Positions 9,601 to 17,542 of a stretch of 64,000 bases of DNA are shown here, in pieces. The translations under genes were made by a program, and so were the position numbers. The first letter of the stretch is position 1; every line of letters starts with the position of its first letter. The notes below the pieces were generated by a model. The model saw nothing but the letters and a program-made list of their open reading frames with translations. It was not told the DNA's origin and searched no databases. This DNA is from Pirellulales bacterium (lineage in GTDB: Bacteria > Planctomycetota > Planctomycetia > Pirellulales > JAEUIK01): contig JAIESQ010000013.1 of NCBI GenBank assembly GCA_019745975.1, positions 86,780 to 150,779 on the forward strand. The letters run 5' to 3'.

Positions 9601-10812
9601 GTGGGCGACGTGTTTCGCGCCGCGGGAGCCGAATTCCTGCAGCGACACGCCCATGTACTTCGCGGCGAACAACGCCGTGCGATCAAGGATCTGGCCGCCT
9701 GCCGCACCGCCGCGCTGGGCGGCCACGAAGAAGCCTGCGATGCGTGCGGCCATCGTCGCTTCGCGTACAACTCATGCCGCAATCGTCACTGCCCGAAGTG
9801 CCAAGCCTCGGCCCGCGCACGCTGGCTCGAAGCGCGCTCCGCCGAGCTGATCGACGTGCCGTACTTCCATGTCGTATTCACGCTGCCAGCGGAGTTCGGT
9901 CCTCTGGCACTTCATAATCCGCGCATGATTTATGGCCTGCTGTTTCGAGCGGCGTCCGAAACGCTCTTGCAAATCGCTGCCGACCGCAAGCACCTTGGCG
10001 CCGAGATCGGTTTTCTGGCCGTGTTGCACACCTGGGGTCAGAACCTGTTGCACCATCCGCACCTGCACTGCGTCGTGCCTTCCGGTGGACTATCCCCCAA
10101 CGGCCAAGGCTGGATCGCCGGGCGTGACGATTTCTTCTTGCCCGTACAGGTATTGAGTCGCGTGTTTCGCGGGAAGTTCATCGCCTTGGTCAAGCGTGCC
10201 TGTGAACGTGGTCAGTTGGTCTTTCCCGGCCGATTGCGCCCCTTGGAAGACCGGAACTGTTTTGAACAGCTGCTCGATCAGGCTGTCCGACAAGATTGGG
10301 TTGTCTACGCCAAACCACCATTCGGCGGCGCACCACAAGTACTCAAGTACTTGGCCCGCTACACGCACCGCGTGGCGATCGCCAACTCGCGGATCGCGAC
10401 GTTCGATGGCCAACGTGTGTCGTTCCGCTGGAAAGACTATGCCGATGATAACCAGCACAAAACGATGACCCTTGCGGCCGACGAGTTCATCCGCCGCTTT
10501 CTGATGCACGTTCTGCCGCGCGGCTTCACCCGCATCCGCTATTACGGCTTCCTGGCCAACCGCCATCGCGCGCAGAAGCTGGCCATCATCCGAGGGACGC
10601 TGGGGGCGTCGCTCACCGACGCTGCGGCCCAGTCACCGCCAGAAGCAGAAGCGCGCGCCGACGGCGAACCCGCCGGGGAGGTTTGTCCGGTCTGTAACTC
10701 AGGTCGAATCCACAAGGTAGCCATCCTGATACCTGTCGCCCCGCCACCGTTGAGCTGGCTGTTGCCAGCGGCGCATCGACACGGGCCAAGAATCGGGTGG
10801 GATACGTCGTGA
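9601..10812 (+). CDS. IS91-family (Y2 HUH) transposase
   Basis: The zinc-binding N-terminus is CRTAALGGHEEACDACGHRRFAYNSCRNRHCPKCQ, followed by FHVVFTLP, LHTWGQNLLHHPHLHCVVP and YLARYTHRVAI. I place the start at GTG 9601; the track ORF from 8917 overlaps the integrase in another frame. Confidence 0.85.
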   Translation: MGDVFRAAGAEFLQRHAHVLRGEQRRAIKDLAACRTAALGGHEEACDACGHRRFAYNSCRNRHCPKCQASARARWLEARSAELIDVPYFHVVFTLPAEFGPLALHNPRMIYGLLFRAASETLLQIAADRKHLGAEIGFLAVLHTWGQNLLHHPHLHCVVPSGGLSPNGQGWIAGRDDFFLPVQVLSRVFRGKFIALVKRACERGQLVFPGRLRPLEDRNCFEQLLDQAVRQDWVVYAKPPFGGAPQVLKYLARYTHRVAIANSRIATFDGQRVSFRWKDYADDNQHKTMTLAADEFIRRFLMHVLPRGFTRIRYYGFLANRHRAQKLAIIRGTLGASLTDAAAQSPPEAEARADGEPAGEVCPVCNSGRIHKVAILIPVAPPPLSWLLPAAHRHGPRIGWDTS

Positions 10813-11319
10813 CTCTCTTGACTCGGCTCAATCGGCTGCGACATAACATCGACGCTCTTGCGAGTGATCCACGCTCGCCTGCGCGCCGCAGGCACCACTT
10901 ATTCTTCCCATGAACCAAGTCATGTCACTCTCAGTCCGCTCTGACCGATATCGTGCCGACTTTCAGGCGCCGCCCCTTCGCGGCGCCCTCTCGGATGGGC
11001 CACTCTCGACACGGCGCGGTTTGATTGCATCTCCATAGTCGGGCCGCCCAGAGCGGTTTCGTTCAACCGGCTGTATCCGAAGTGCCGGTCCTCCGGCCAA
11101 TTACCATCGCTCACAACGCAACGCCCGCACCGCCTGAGACCGTCCGCGGCAGGGGCACTTCGGATACAGCCCTCTGGGTTAGGCGCACCATAGCAGGCCT
11201 GTGGTATCCGCGCAACGGTTTTCAATCAGGGGATCGCAACAGTAAACGTTCATTAACCATTCTTTAGGGAGATGCGTGCTAGAAAAGAAGGAGATGCTCA
11301 ATTGAATGAATAGGTCTCT

Positions 11320-11697
11320 ATGACGGGCGAGAAGGATGCACCTGCGACAACGCCGCCGATGTCGATTACCCTCGGACGCATGTTCCTCGTTGCGGCCGAA
11401 CTCGCCACATGGACGGAAGATGAGCGGGCGTGGTTGAAGTCTCGGCCGAAGTATCAGGAGTACGAAGGCTCATTGCGAGACGCAATCGCCGAATTCAGAT
11501 TCAAAGAGCTACTGACCACGGATCAGCTCGTTGCGTTCTCGAACAACGAAGCCTGGGCACCATTCCAAAACAGGCTTGACGACTTGGTGGAGCGTCGCGT
11601 GTCGCTTCTCGATGGTTTTGGTCAGCAGGTAAAAGGAAATCTGTTTTCGCAGCGGATCGATCGCGAACATCGCGGACCGAGCGAGCCTTGGCGGTAG
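11320..11697 (+). CDS. hypothetical protein
   Basis: This 125-aa ORF has no recognised domain and its start is uncertain. Confidence 0.4.
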   Translation: MTGEKDAPATTPPMSITLGRMFLVAAELATWTEDERAWLKSRPKYQEYEGSLRDAIAEFRFKELLTTDQLVAFSNNEAWAPFQNRLDDLVERRVSLLDGFGQQVKGNLFSQRIDREHRGPSEPWR

Positions 11698-11721
11698 CGA
11701 GATTCGTCAAAGCTATTTGCC

Positions 11722-12804
11722 TCATGCATTCGGATTGCTCGCTCGAAGTCCCAAGCTGATGAGAATCCCAGAAAGCAAAGCCTCCTGCCCGGACGACGCA
11801 GGTTTGACAACCAACTCCCATAACGGTTGTCCGCTCTTATGCTCGTAGTTTCCTGTTGGACGGAACTGGTAACCCTTTGCACGCACTTCAGAGAGAGGAA
11901 ATGCCACACGGTTCAAGATGTGGAGCGGCTCGGCAAGTCTGTCTGGACAGGTGCACAGGGCGCCGACTTGAGAATCAATTGCGAGGGCGAGGTAACGGGT
12001 GGGATCACCTGAAAGCCCCGAGTCGACAGCGGAGCGTTGAGCAAAGCCCTCCAGAAACACGTGGCGGGTTGGGAACTGCAAATCCGAAACACCAACCTCA
12101 GAGGCCATTCGTTTGCCGGCACGTATTTCGTGGTATGCCTCTGCTGTCAGAGGCAAGACAATCGTCATGCCAACTGCCGCTCGTCGGCCTCTGACGACAT
12201 TTACGGTCCACGGGTTGGTGCGCCACCAGTCTATGGCGCGAGCCTCGTATGCATTCAAGGCTATGCCGATCATCGCCTCCGCTGTCTGGATGGCCTTTGC
12301 CGCCGTGAGATGATTCGCATCAGGGCTGACGGCTCGCGCAAGATAGGCGTACATCCACCGCACCGCTTGTCTGACCTGTGACGCACGTTTCGTCGGCGCC
12401 GGCGGAGCTTCCGAGTTGGTTTGGGAGCACAATGCTTCCAGCAGGCCGGGAACACCATCCGCCAACAAGTCTCGCTCCTGTTCCAACAGGTGCTCCGCCA
12501 GGGCGCGAGCCGAATGTGATGCTGGCTCAACGATCCCGCGAGCCCGGATGAATTCGAGGAATGCCGCGGCGCGATCGTCGGTCGGTTCCCCTGCCGCCAC
12601 TTTGTCAATGAAGTACTGGGCCAGAAGCGCAGCAAAATGCGGCGCGACAGCGGCGCCGCGTTTCATGTTCGTATAGACATCGCTGCGAATTGTCTTTCCC
12701 CTCGCTCGCACCGAATGTACGAACTCTTCTGTCAATGGCCACGCACGGCGCTCGGACATGAACGCACGAAAATCGGGAGAAAGGACGCGGCTGACTTTGT
12801 ACAT
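11722..12804 (-). CDS. hypothetical protein (360 aa)
   Basis: The start MYKVSRVL at 12804 has AAGGAG 6 nt upstream. The upstream part of the 452-aa track ORF is probably not coding. No domain recognised. Confidence 0.5.
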   Translation of the reverse strand: MYKVSRVLSPDFRAFMSERRAWPLTEEFVHSVRARGKTIRSDVYTNMKRGAAVAPHFAALLAQYFIDKVAAGEPTDDRAAAFLEFIRARGIVEPASHSARALAEHLLEQERDLLADGVPGLLEALCSQTNSEAPPAPTKRASQVRQAVRWMYAYLARAVSPDANHLTAAKAIQTAEAMIGIALNAYEARAIDWWRTNPWTVNVVRGRRAAVGMTIVLPLTAEAYHEIRAGKRMASEVGVSDLQFPTRHVFLEGFAQRSAVDSGLSGDPTRYLALAIDSQVGALCTCPDRLAEPLHILNRVAFPLSEVRAKGYQFRPTGNYEHKSGQPLWELVVKPASSGQEALLSGILISLGLRASNPNA

Positions 12805-12924
12805 GGGTACTCCTTGGACCGGGGCGCGAAAAACGTTACCCAAACTCTCGCGAGATTGAAAGTCCAAACGCCACATATTCTCGCGGGAAATTGTTGAGCG
12901 CTGCTGACGCGATTCTTGCTCGCT

Positions 12925-13058
12925 GGTTTCCCAGATTTTCCCAAATCGTACTCCTCGGCGACGGGTCATCGAATGATAGAAATCGCGAACGCGGGTCATG
13001 GTGCGAAGGTGTGGGAGAACCTCGCACTCGTGCGGTTTCCCGGGTTTTCCCAAATGGT
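12925..13058. repeat. two 25-nt direct repeats in the island control region
   Basis: GGTTTCCCAGATTTTCCCAAATCGT (12925-12949) and GGTTTCCCGGGTTTTCCCAAATGGT (13034-13058) match at 22 of 25 positions. They lie between the divergent 11722-12804 gene and the parB-containing block. Confidence 0.6.
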
Positions 13059-13280
13059 TGTCCACGAGGTGGACTCTCAAATTATTGGATTGGAGAACAA
13101 GTCATGGAGTTTCTAACGGCATTGGCGGGTTGGGCAGTGGTGCGGGCAGCAGCGGTGGTGCTTGAACGCGCTCTGGAGTGCGCGACACGAAAGCGCTAGC
13201 GAGCGATTAGTTAGTTGCGGGATGGCGGCACGGTGCCGCCCTCCGTTCATTCAGCGAATGGTCTTGTCAGGAGAGATGTG

Positions 13281-13553
13281 ATGAAGGGTATTCATCCGGC
13301 AGTTTATCTGATCGTGGCGGCTTTCTACGCTTTATGCCCCCTCGACGGGGACTTCATACTTGTGGGGGGCTGGCTCGATGATTTGCTGGTCGCGTTTATT
13401 TGCATAAGGGAATTCAACAAGCGCACGCGCGGCCCTGGGCCAGGGCAGCCTGGTGGAATGGCGATCGATGTGGAGCATTGCCCGGCTCCACCAAGGATTC
13501 AATCGCCTGTCGACCTCCTTGTCACGGCGAAGGGCAATCCAAACCTGAATTAG
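13281..13553 (+). CDS. DUF1232 (YkvA-like) membrane protein
   Basis: AVYLIVAAFYALCPLDGDFILVGGWLDDLLVAF matches the DUF1232 pattern (PxD...G.lDD). ATG 13281 is the likely start within track ORF 13215..13553. Confidence 0.6.
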   Translation: MKGIHPAVYLIVAAFYALCPLDGDFILVGGWLDDLLVAFICIREFNKRTRGPGPGQPGGMAIDVEHCPAPPRIQSPVDLLVTAKGNPNLN

Positions 13554-13570
13554 GCGAAAGGAGTCGCGAC

Positions 13571-14389
13571 ATGAAGGTCCAACTAGATCGACTTCCTTTG
13601 GAGCGCAACCCCCGCACAAAGGTGGAGGAAGCCAAGATCGCTGCGCTTGCACACACGCTCCAACTGGTCGGTCAGCAGGTGCCGATCAGTCTTCGGGCGG
13701 CGGGCGAGGAGTTCGAATTGACCGATGGTATGTGCCGGGTTCTTGCGGCTCGCAAGCTGGGCTGGACGGAAATCGAAGCCATTGTCGATGAGCATGAGCT
13801 GAACGAGGCAGAAGTGCTACAGCGTCAAGTAGTCATCCACCATCAACGGGCTGACCTGCCTCCGCTCGATAAGGCGCGGGCAGTCTCGCGGCTGATGGAA
13901 GTCGCTGGTTGCAATGCATCGCAGGCTGCCTCGAACCTGGGAATGTCGAACGCCACGGTGACAAGGCTACTAAGCCTCCTGACTTTGCCAGAAGACATTC
14001 AACGGCAAGTGGAGTCCGGAAAGCTCGCTGCGAGCACGGCCTATGAGTTGGCGCGTACTGGCGATCCAACAAAGCAAGCGGAGCTGGCCGACGCTGCCTC
14101 AAACGGAAGTCTCTCGCGGGATGCGGTGTCTGGGCATGTGAAAAGGATGAGAAAGCCTCGGAGCTCGAATGGTCGTGGCAGCGGCTTGCGCGCCGTTGCT
14201 CCGCTTGGTGACGGTCGGAGCTTAACGGTCACCGGCATCGAGCCGTCGCTCGATGGTTTTATCGCATGTCTGGAAGACGCATTGAGTCGGGCGCGCAGAG
14301 TGCGCACCAAGGGCCACTCTTTGGCCACCTTCTGCAAGACGCTGCGGGATGAGGCGAAAACTCACGCACATCAAGGAGCAATGCCATGA
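13571..14389 (+). CDS. ParB/Spo0J-like DNA-binding protein
   Basis: The ParB N-terminal-like region is QQVPISLRAAGEEFELTDGMCRVLAARKLGW, followed by the HTH ASQAASNLGMSNATVTRLLSLLTLPEDIQ. The start is ATG 13571 inside the longer track ORF. Confidence 0.75.
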   Translation: MKVQLDRLPLERNPRTKVEEAKIAALAHTLQLVGQQVPISLRAAGEEFELTDGMCRVLAARKLGWTEIEAIVDEHELNEAEVLQRQVVIHHQRADLPPLDKARAVSRLMEVAGCNASQAASNLGMSNATVTRLLSLLTLPEDIQRQVESGKLAASTAYELARTGDPTKQAELADAASNGSLSRDAVSGHVKRMRKPRSSNGRGSGLRAVAPLGDGRSLTVTGIEPSLDGFIACLEDALSRARRVRTKGHSLATFCKTLRDEAKTHAHQGAMP

Positions 14390-15903
14390 CGCAAGACCAA
14401 CAGCAAATGCTCGGCGGAGTGATGATGCTCCTCGTCGTCGTGCTCATCATCGGGAATCGGTATCGCGTGCGGGGTCGTGGTAGCCGGAATCTGGATCAAG
14501 TGCTGTTTGCCTGGAACAAGCACGACAAGTTCACGGTCCGCGGCCTGCTTGACGGCGGGGTGTCAATTCTCGGCCGCACCGGCAGTGGCAAGACGAGTGC
14601 CGCAGGCAGGCACCTCGGTGAGGCGATCGTCGGCAACCGCAATAGCTCAGGGCTGATCTGCGGGGCAAAGCCCGAAGATCTCGCCATGTGGCAGGGCATC
14701 TTCAAACGCGCGGGGCGATCGAAGGATTTGCTCGTGATGGAGCCGGGTGGAGACCTACGGATTAACTTCCTTGAGGAAGCGTCCCGGTACGGCGGTCAGA
14801 CTCGGGAGATCACGCAGTTCATCACCACGGTCGGCGAGACTCTGAGACGCGGCCATAACCAACGCCGGATGGAAGGCGCGGATTTTTGGGAAGCGCAGGC
14901 CGAACGGCGCATCTACAGCGCCGTGGAGGTGCTGCGGCTGGTCAAAGGGACGGTGACCGCTCCCGACCTTCAGCAATTCATCATGACCGCGCCTCTCAAG
15001 GCTACTCAACTGCGAGAGGAAGGCTGGCGATTGAGCTTTCATGGCAAGTGCATCGAAGCGGCGTATGCCAAGGCAAAGTCGACGACGGAAGAGCATGACT
15101 TCCAGATTGCTTGCGATTACGAGCTTGATGAGCTGCCCAACATGGCCGACAAGATGCGCTCGTCGATCATCACGACGGTCCTGGGGATACTTCACGTCTT
15201 CAATAGCGGTGTCGTCCGCGAGACGGTCTCGACGCGGACAGACGTGCATCTCAGGGACATTGTTGAGGGACGGAAGTTCCTCTTCATAAACGCTCCGCCA
15301 TCATCGCACGGCGCCACGGGTACCTTTCTGAACGTAGGTGCAAAGCACCTCATGGAACTGGTGATGCTGCAACGGGAAGTGAATGCGAATAGTCCGTTCC
15401 ATGTAATCTGGTGCGACGAGGCGCCTCAACTAGTTACGAGCTTCGACAGCCACAGCTACGTTCCACAATGTCGTTCTCATCGGGGCTGCATGGTGCTGTT
15501 GGGCCAATCGCTTCCTTCATATTACACCGCGTTTGGCGGAGAGAATGGCAAGCAACAAGCCCATGAAATGCTGGCTAACTTCGGCCATCACATTATCCAC
15601 GCTTTAGGCGACATCGAATCGGCGGAATGGGCCAGCGCGCTCGTGGGCAAGCAGTTGGAGACGTTCTTCGGCGGCTCGATGCAGCCAGCGCAAGACAGCT
15701 TCGATCAGTTGTTCGGCAATCAGCAATTCACTGGCAGTTTCTCGACGCAGTACCAGCCGAGGTTACAGGCAAGTGCATTCATGCAGGGGCTTCGCACGGG
15801 CGGGCCTCAGAACTTGTACTTGGCGGATGCCTTCGTGATTAAGACCGGCGAACCGTTTTCCAATGGCAATAACTGCCTCCAGGTGACATTCAGCCAGAGG
15901 TGA
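14386..15903 (+). CDS. TraD/TrwB/VirD4-like membrane-anchored P-loop NTPase (coupling-protein-like)
   Basis: It has an N-terminal TM segment (GGVMMLLVVVLIIG), Walker A LGRTGSGKTSAAG and a Walker-B-like FHVIWCDEAPQL. An ATGA overlap with the parB-like stop suggests translational coupling. Confidence 0.6.
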   Translation: MTQDQQQMLGGVMMLLVVVLIIGNRYRVRGRGSRNLDQVLFAWNKHDKFTVRGLLDGGVSILGRTGSGKTSAAGRHLGEAIVGNRNSSGLICGAKPEDLAMWQGIFKRAGRSKDLLVMEPGGDLRINFLEEASRYGGQTREITQFITTVGETLRRGHNQRRMEGADFWEAQAERRIYSAVEVLRLVKGTVTAPDLQQFIMTAPLKATQLREEGWRLSFHGKCIEAAYAKAKSTTEEHDFQIACDYELDELPNMADKMRSSIITTVLGILHVFNSGVVRETVSTRTDVHLRDIVEGRKFLFINAPPSSHGATGTFLNVGAKHLMELVMLQREVNANSPFHVIWCDEAPQLVTSFDSHSYVPQCRSHRGCMVLLGQSLPSYYTAFGGENGKQQAHEMLANFGHHIIHALGDIESAEWASALVGKQLETFFGGSMQPAQDSFDQLFGNQQFTGSFSTQYQPRLQASAFMQGLRTGGPQNLYLADAFVIKTGEPFSNGNNCLQVTFSQR

Positions 15904-15906
15904 ATC

Positions 15907-16491
15907 ATGTTCCATCAGCAGCGCCATCATGATGGCCAGGAGTTTGGAGGCTGGGACTTCCGAACGAAGTTCAACCTCGCCTACCTAGTGGTCAGCGGGT
16001 TTACGACGTGCTTCACCGTGTTCCTGCGCCACCGCTTCGGCAGAGAGGCATTAGGGCTGCGGGCCGTCATCGGGATTCTGGCGATGGTTGTCTACATGGC
16101 GACGTATCCAGAGAGCGCAGCCATGAGCGGATACTTTTTTCTGTGGTGGATCGCGCTGGTCTTGCAACGTTTGGGGCACTTTGTGCGGCGCACGAAGGGG
16201 ATCGTACTGCACAGCCGCTTTGAAGGCGAGCCGTGGATTGGTGCGCTGCTGCCGCCGGCGCTGCGCGAAGGCGGGGCCAAGTTTCTTGAGGTCGTACTGT
16301 GCGTGCTGGTTGCCGCCATGCTCCAAGGCGATGACATGGCTCTTGCCAACTTCATGTTTCTGGGCGCTGCCAGCCTAACGGTGAAGGCAGTCATTGACGG
16401 CCGTGCGGACTACCGGCGGGTGGCTCAGATGCGTGATGCAGAAATCGAGCAGCGGGCCATGTTGGACCGCTGGCGAGGAGGTCGTTTTTAG
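15907..16491 (+). CDS. polytopic membrane protein, hypothetical
   Basis: This 194-aa ORF has several hydrophobic segments and starts 3 nt after the upstream stop. Confidence 0.55.
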   Translation: MFHQQRHHDGQEFGGWDFRTKFNLAYLVVSGFTTCFTVFLRHRFGREALGLRAVIGILAMVVYMATYPESAAMSGYFFLWWIALVLQRLGHFVRRTKGIVLHSRFEGEPWIGALLPPALREGGAKFLEVVLCVLVAAMLQGDDMALANFMFLGAASLTVKAVIDGRADYRRVAQMRDAEIEQRAMLDRWRGGRF

Positions 16492-16503
16492 AAGGAGGGT
16501 GTC

Positions 16504-16770
16504 ATGGCTGATGACCATCGTTCCACGAGACCGTCATTTTGGGCGCCGTTGAAGGAGGCATTTGATAGAGGACGTGGGGAAATCGCGCAATCGCTCTCGG
16601 CATTTCCAGACAGCATTCGGCCGGTGGAAGTTGCGGCGGCGTCCCAACATCACAGCCCAGAAATGGAGGCGTCAGACAAAGGGTCGGTCCACGGCTACAA
16701 CCGGATGCTCGATTCCTACGCGGACCGCGGGATGCAGCGTGAGGAACCTGAACAGGAAATGGAGCGGTGA
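16504..16770 (+). CDS. hypothetical acidic protein (88 aa)
   Basis: A strong RBS, GAAGGAGGG, lies 5-6 nt upstream of ATG 16504. Confidence 0.5.
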   Translation: MADDHRSTRPSFWAPLKEAFDRGRGEIAQSLSAFPDSIRPVEVAAASQHHSPEMEASDKGSVHGYNRMLDSYADRGMQREEPEQEMER

Positions 16771-16833
16771 ATCATGGTGATCCTTGCAATCGCAGTTCTG
16801 TTGGTGATCGCACTGCCGCAGGAGGACTGAGCG

Positions 16834-16974
16834 ATGTCGTTCTCAGGATTGTTGTTTTTCGGAATGTGCTGGGGTTGCTACAAGCTCGGCTTCTACCAGG
16901 CCACGAATCCCGGCGAAGTGGAACGACTCGGCCGCCTCGCCTGGGAGCGTCTCGGGCGGTGGCTGAGCAAATAG
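16834..16974 (+). CDS. small single-TM protein (46 aa)
   Basis: My own translation gives MSFSGLLFFGMCWGCYKLGFYQATNPGEVERLGRLAWERLGRWLSK with GGAGGA 7 nt upstream. A further 18-aa TM ORF (16774-16830) precedes it. Confidence 0.4.
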   Translation: MSFSGLLFFGMCWGCYKLGFYQATNPGEVERLGRLAWERLGRWLSK

Positions 16975-17023
16975 TGAATGTCTGTGTCTTGGCGTTTTCT
17001 AACCTCGAAGGGAGTGCGTGATC

Positions 17024-17179
17024 ATGGAAGCCGTAATTTTTCTGGGGCTCATTTCGTGCGGGATCTTCTGGTACTTCATGCTCCGCAGCGCGGGACGTGC
17101 CGCCAAGAAGGCGATCAGCGACAATCCGCAAATAGCGATGACCGCGATCAAAATCGCCGCCGACATGCTTCGCAAGTAA
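17024..17179 (+). CDS. small single-TM protein (51 aa)
   Basis: My own translation gives MEAVIFLGLISCGIFWYFMLRSAGRAAKKAISDNPQIAMTAIKIAADMLRK with AAGGGAG upstream. Confidence 0.4.
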   Translation: MEAVIFLGLISCGIFWYFMLRSAGRAAKKAISDNPQIAMTAIKIAADMLRK

Positions 17180-17249
17180 GAAACCAGATAAGCCGGGGGT
17201 GCTCGTCGCGCCCCCCGGCTTTTCATTCGTACCCGGGAAGGAGGTCAAC

Positions 17250-17501
17250 ATGTCGATGGCACAACAAGCTGCGGAAGGCGGCCAGGAGCCGCTGCTGATT
17301 ACCGCGGACCAGCTTGCAGCGTGGCTTCAGGTGTCGGTGCGCTCACTTTGGCGTCTGCGAAGCGCCGGACAGATTCCGCCACCGCTTCGCCTTCGCAAAG
17401 CCGTCCGCTGGCGTCTTGCGGATATCGAAGACTGGCTCGCAAAGGGCTGTCCCGCAAACTCGGAAGAGCCGGAGGCGCGACAAAGGCGTCGCTCGCGGTA
17501 A
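17250..17501 (+). CDS. AlpA/excisionase-family HTH DNA-binding protein
   Basis: LITADQLAAWLQVSVRSLWRLRSAGQIPPPLRLRKAVRWRLADIEDWL is the excisionase-type HTH pattern, and the gene lies immediately upstream of an integrase. Confidence 0.7.
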   Translation: MSMAQQAAEGGQEPLLITADQLAAWLQVSVRSLWRLRSAGQIPPPLRLRKAVRWRLADIEDWLAKGCPANSEEPEARQRRRSR

Positions 17502-17542
17502 AATGGATTACGGTTCGCAGTCTGACTCTCGGAGCATGGATC

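Larger units (their letters stand above)
8732..10812 (+). mobile_element. IS91-family-like two-gene unit (tyrosine recombinase + HUH/Y2 transposase); ends not defined
   Basis: The two genes are 17 nt apart on the same strand. A GC hairpin GGCGCCGC-N6-GCGGCGCC near 10964-10986 could be a terminal structure. I could not locate the element termini. Confidence 0.55.

Noticed and set aside
17321-17542. N-terminal extension of the integrase track ORF
   Set aside because: It overlaps the excisionase gene in another frame. The integrase-like sequence starts at MASVYKR (17543).
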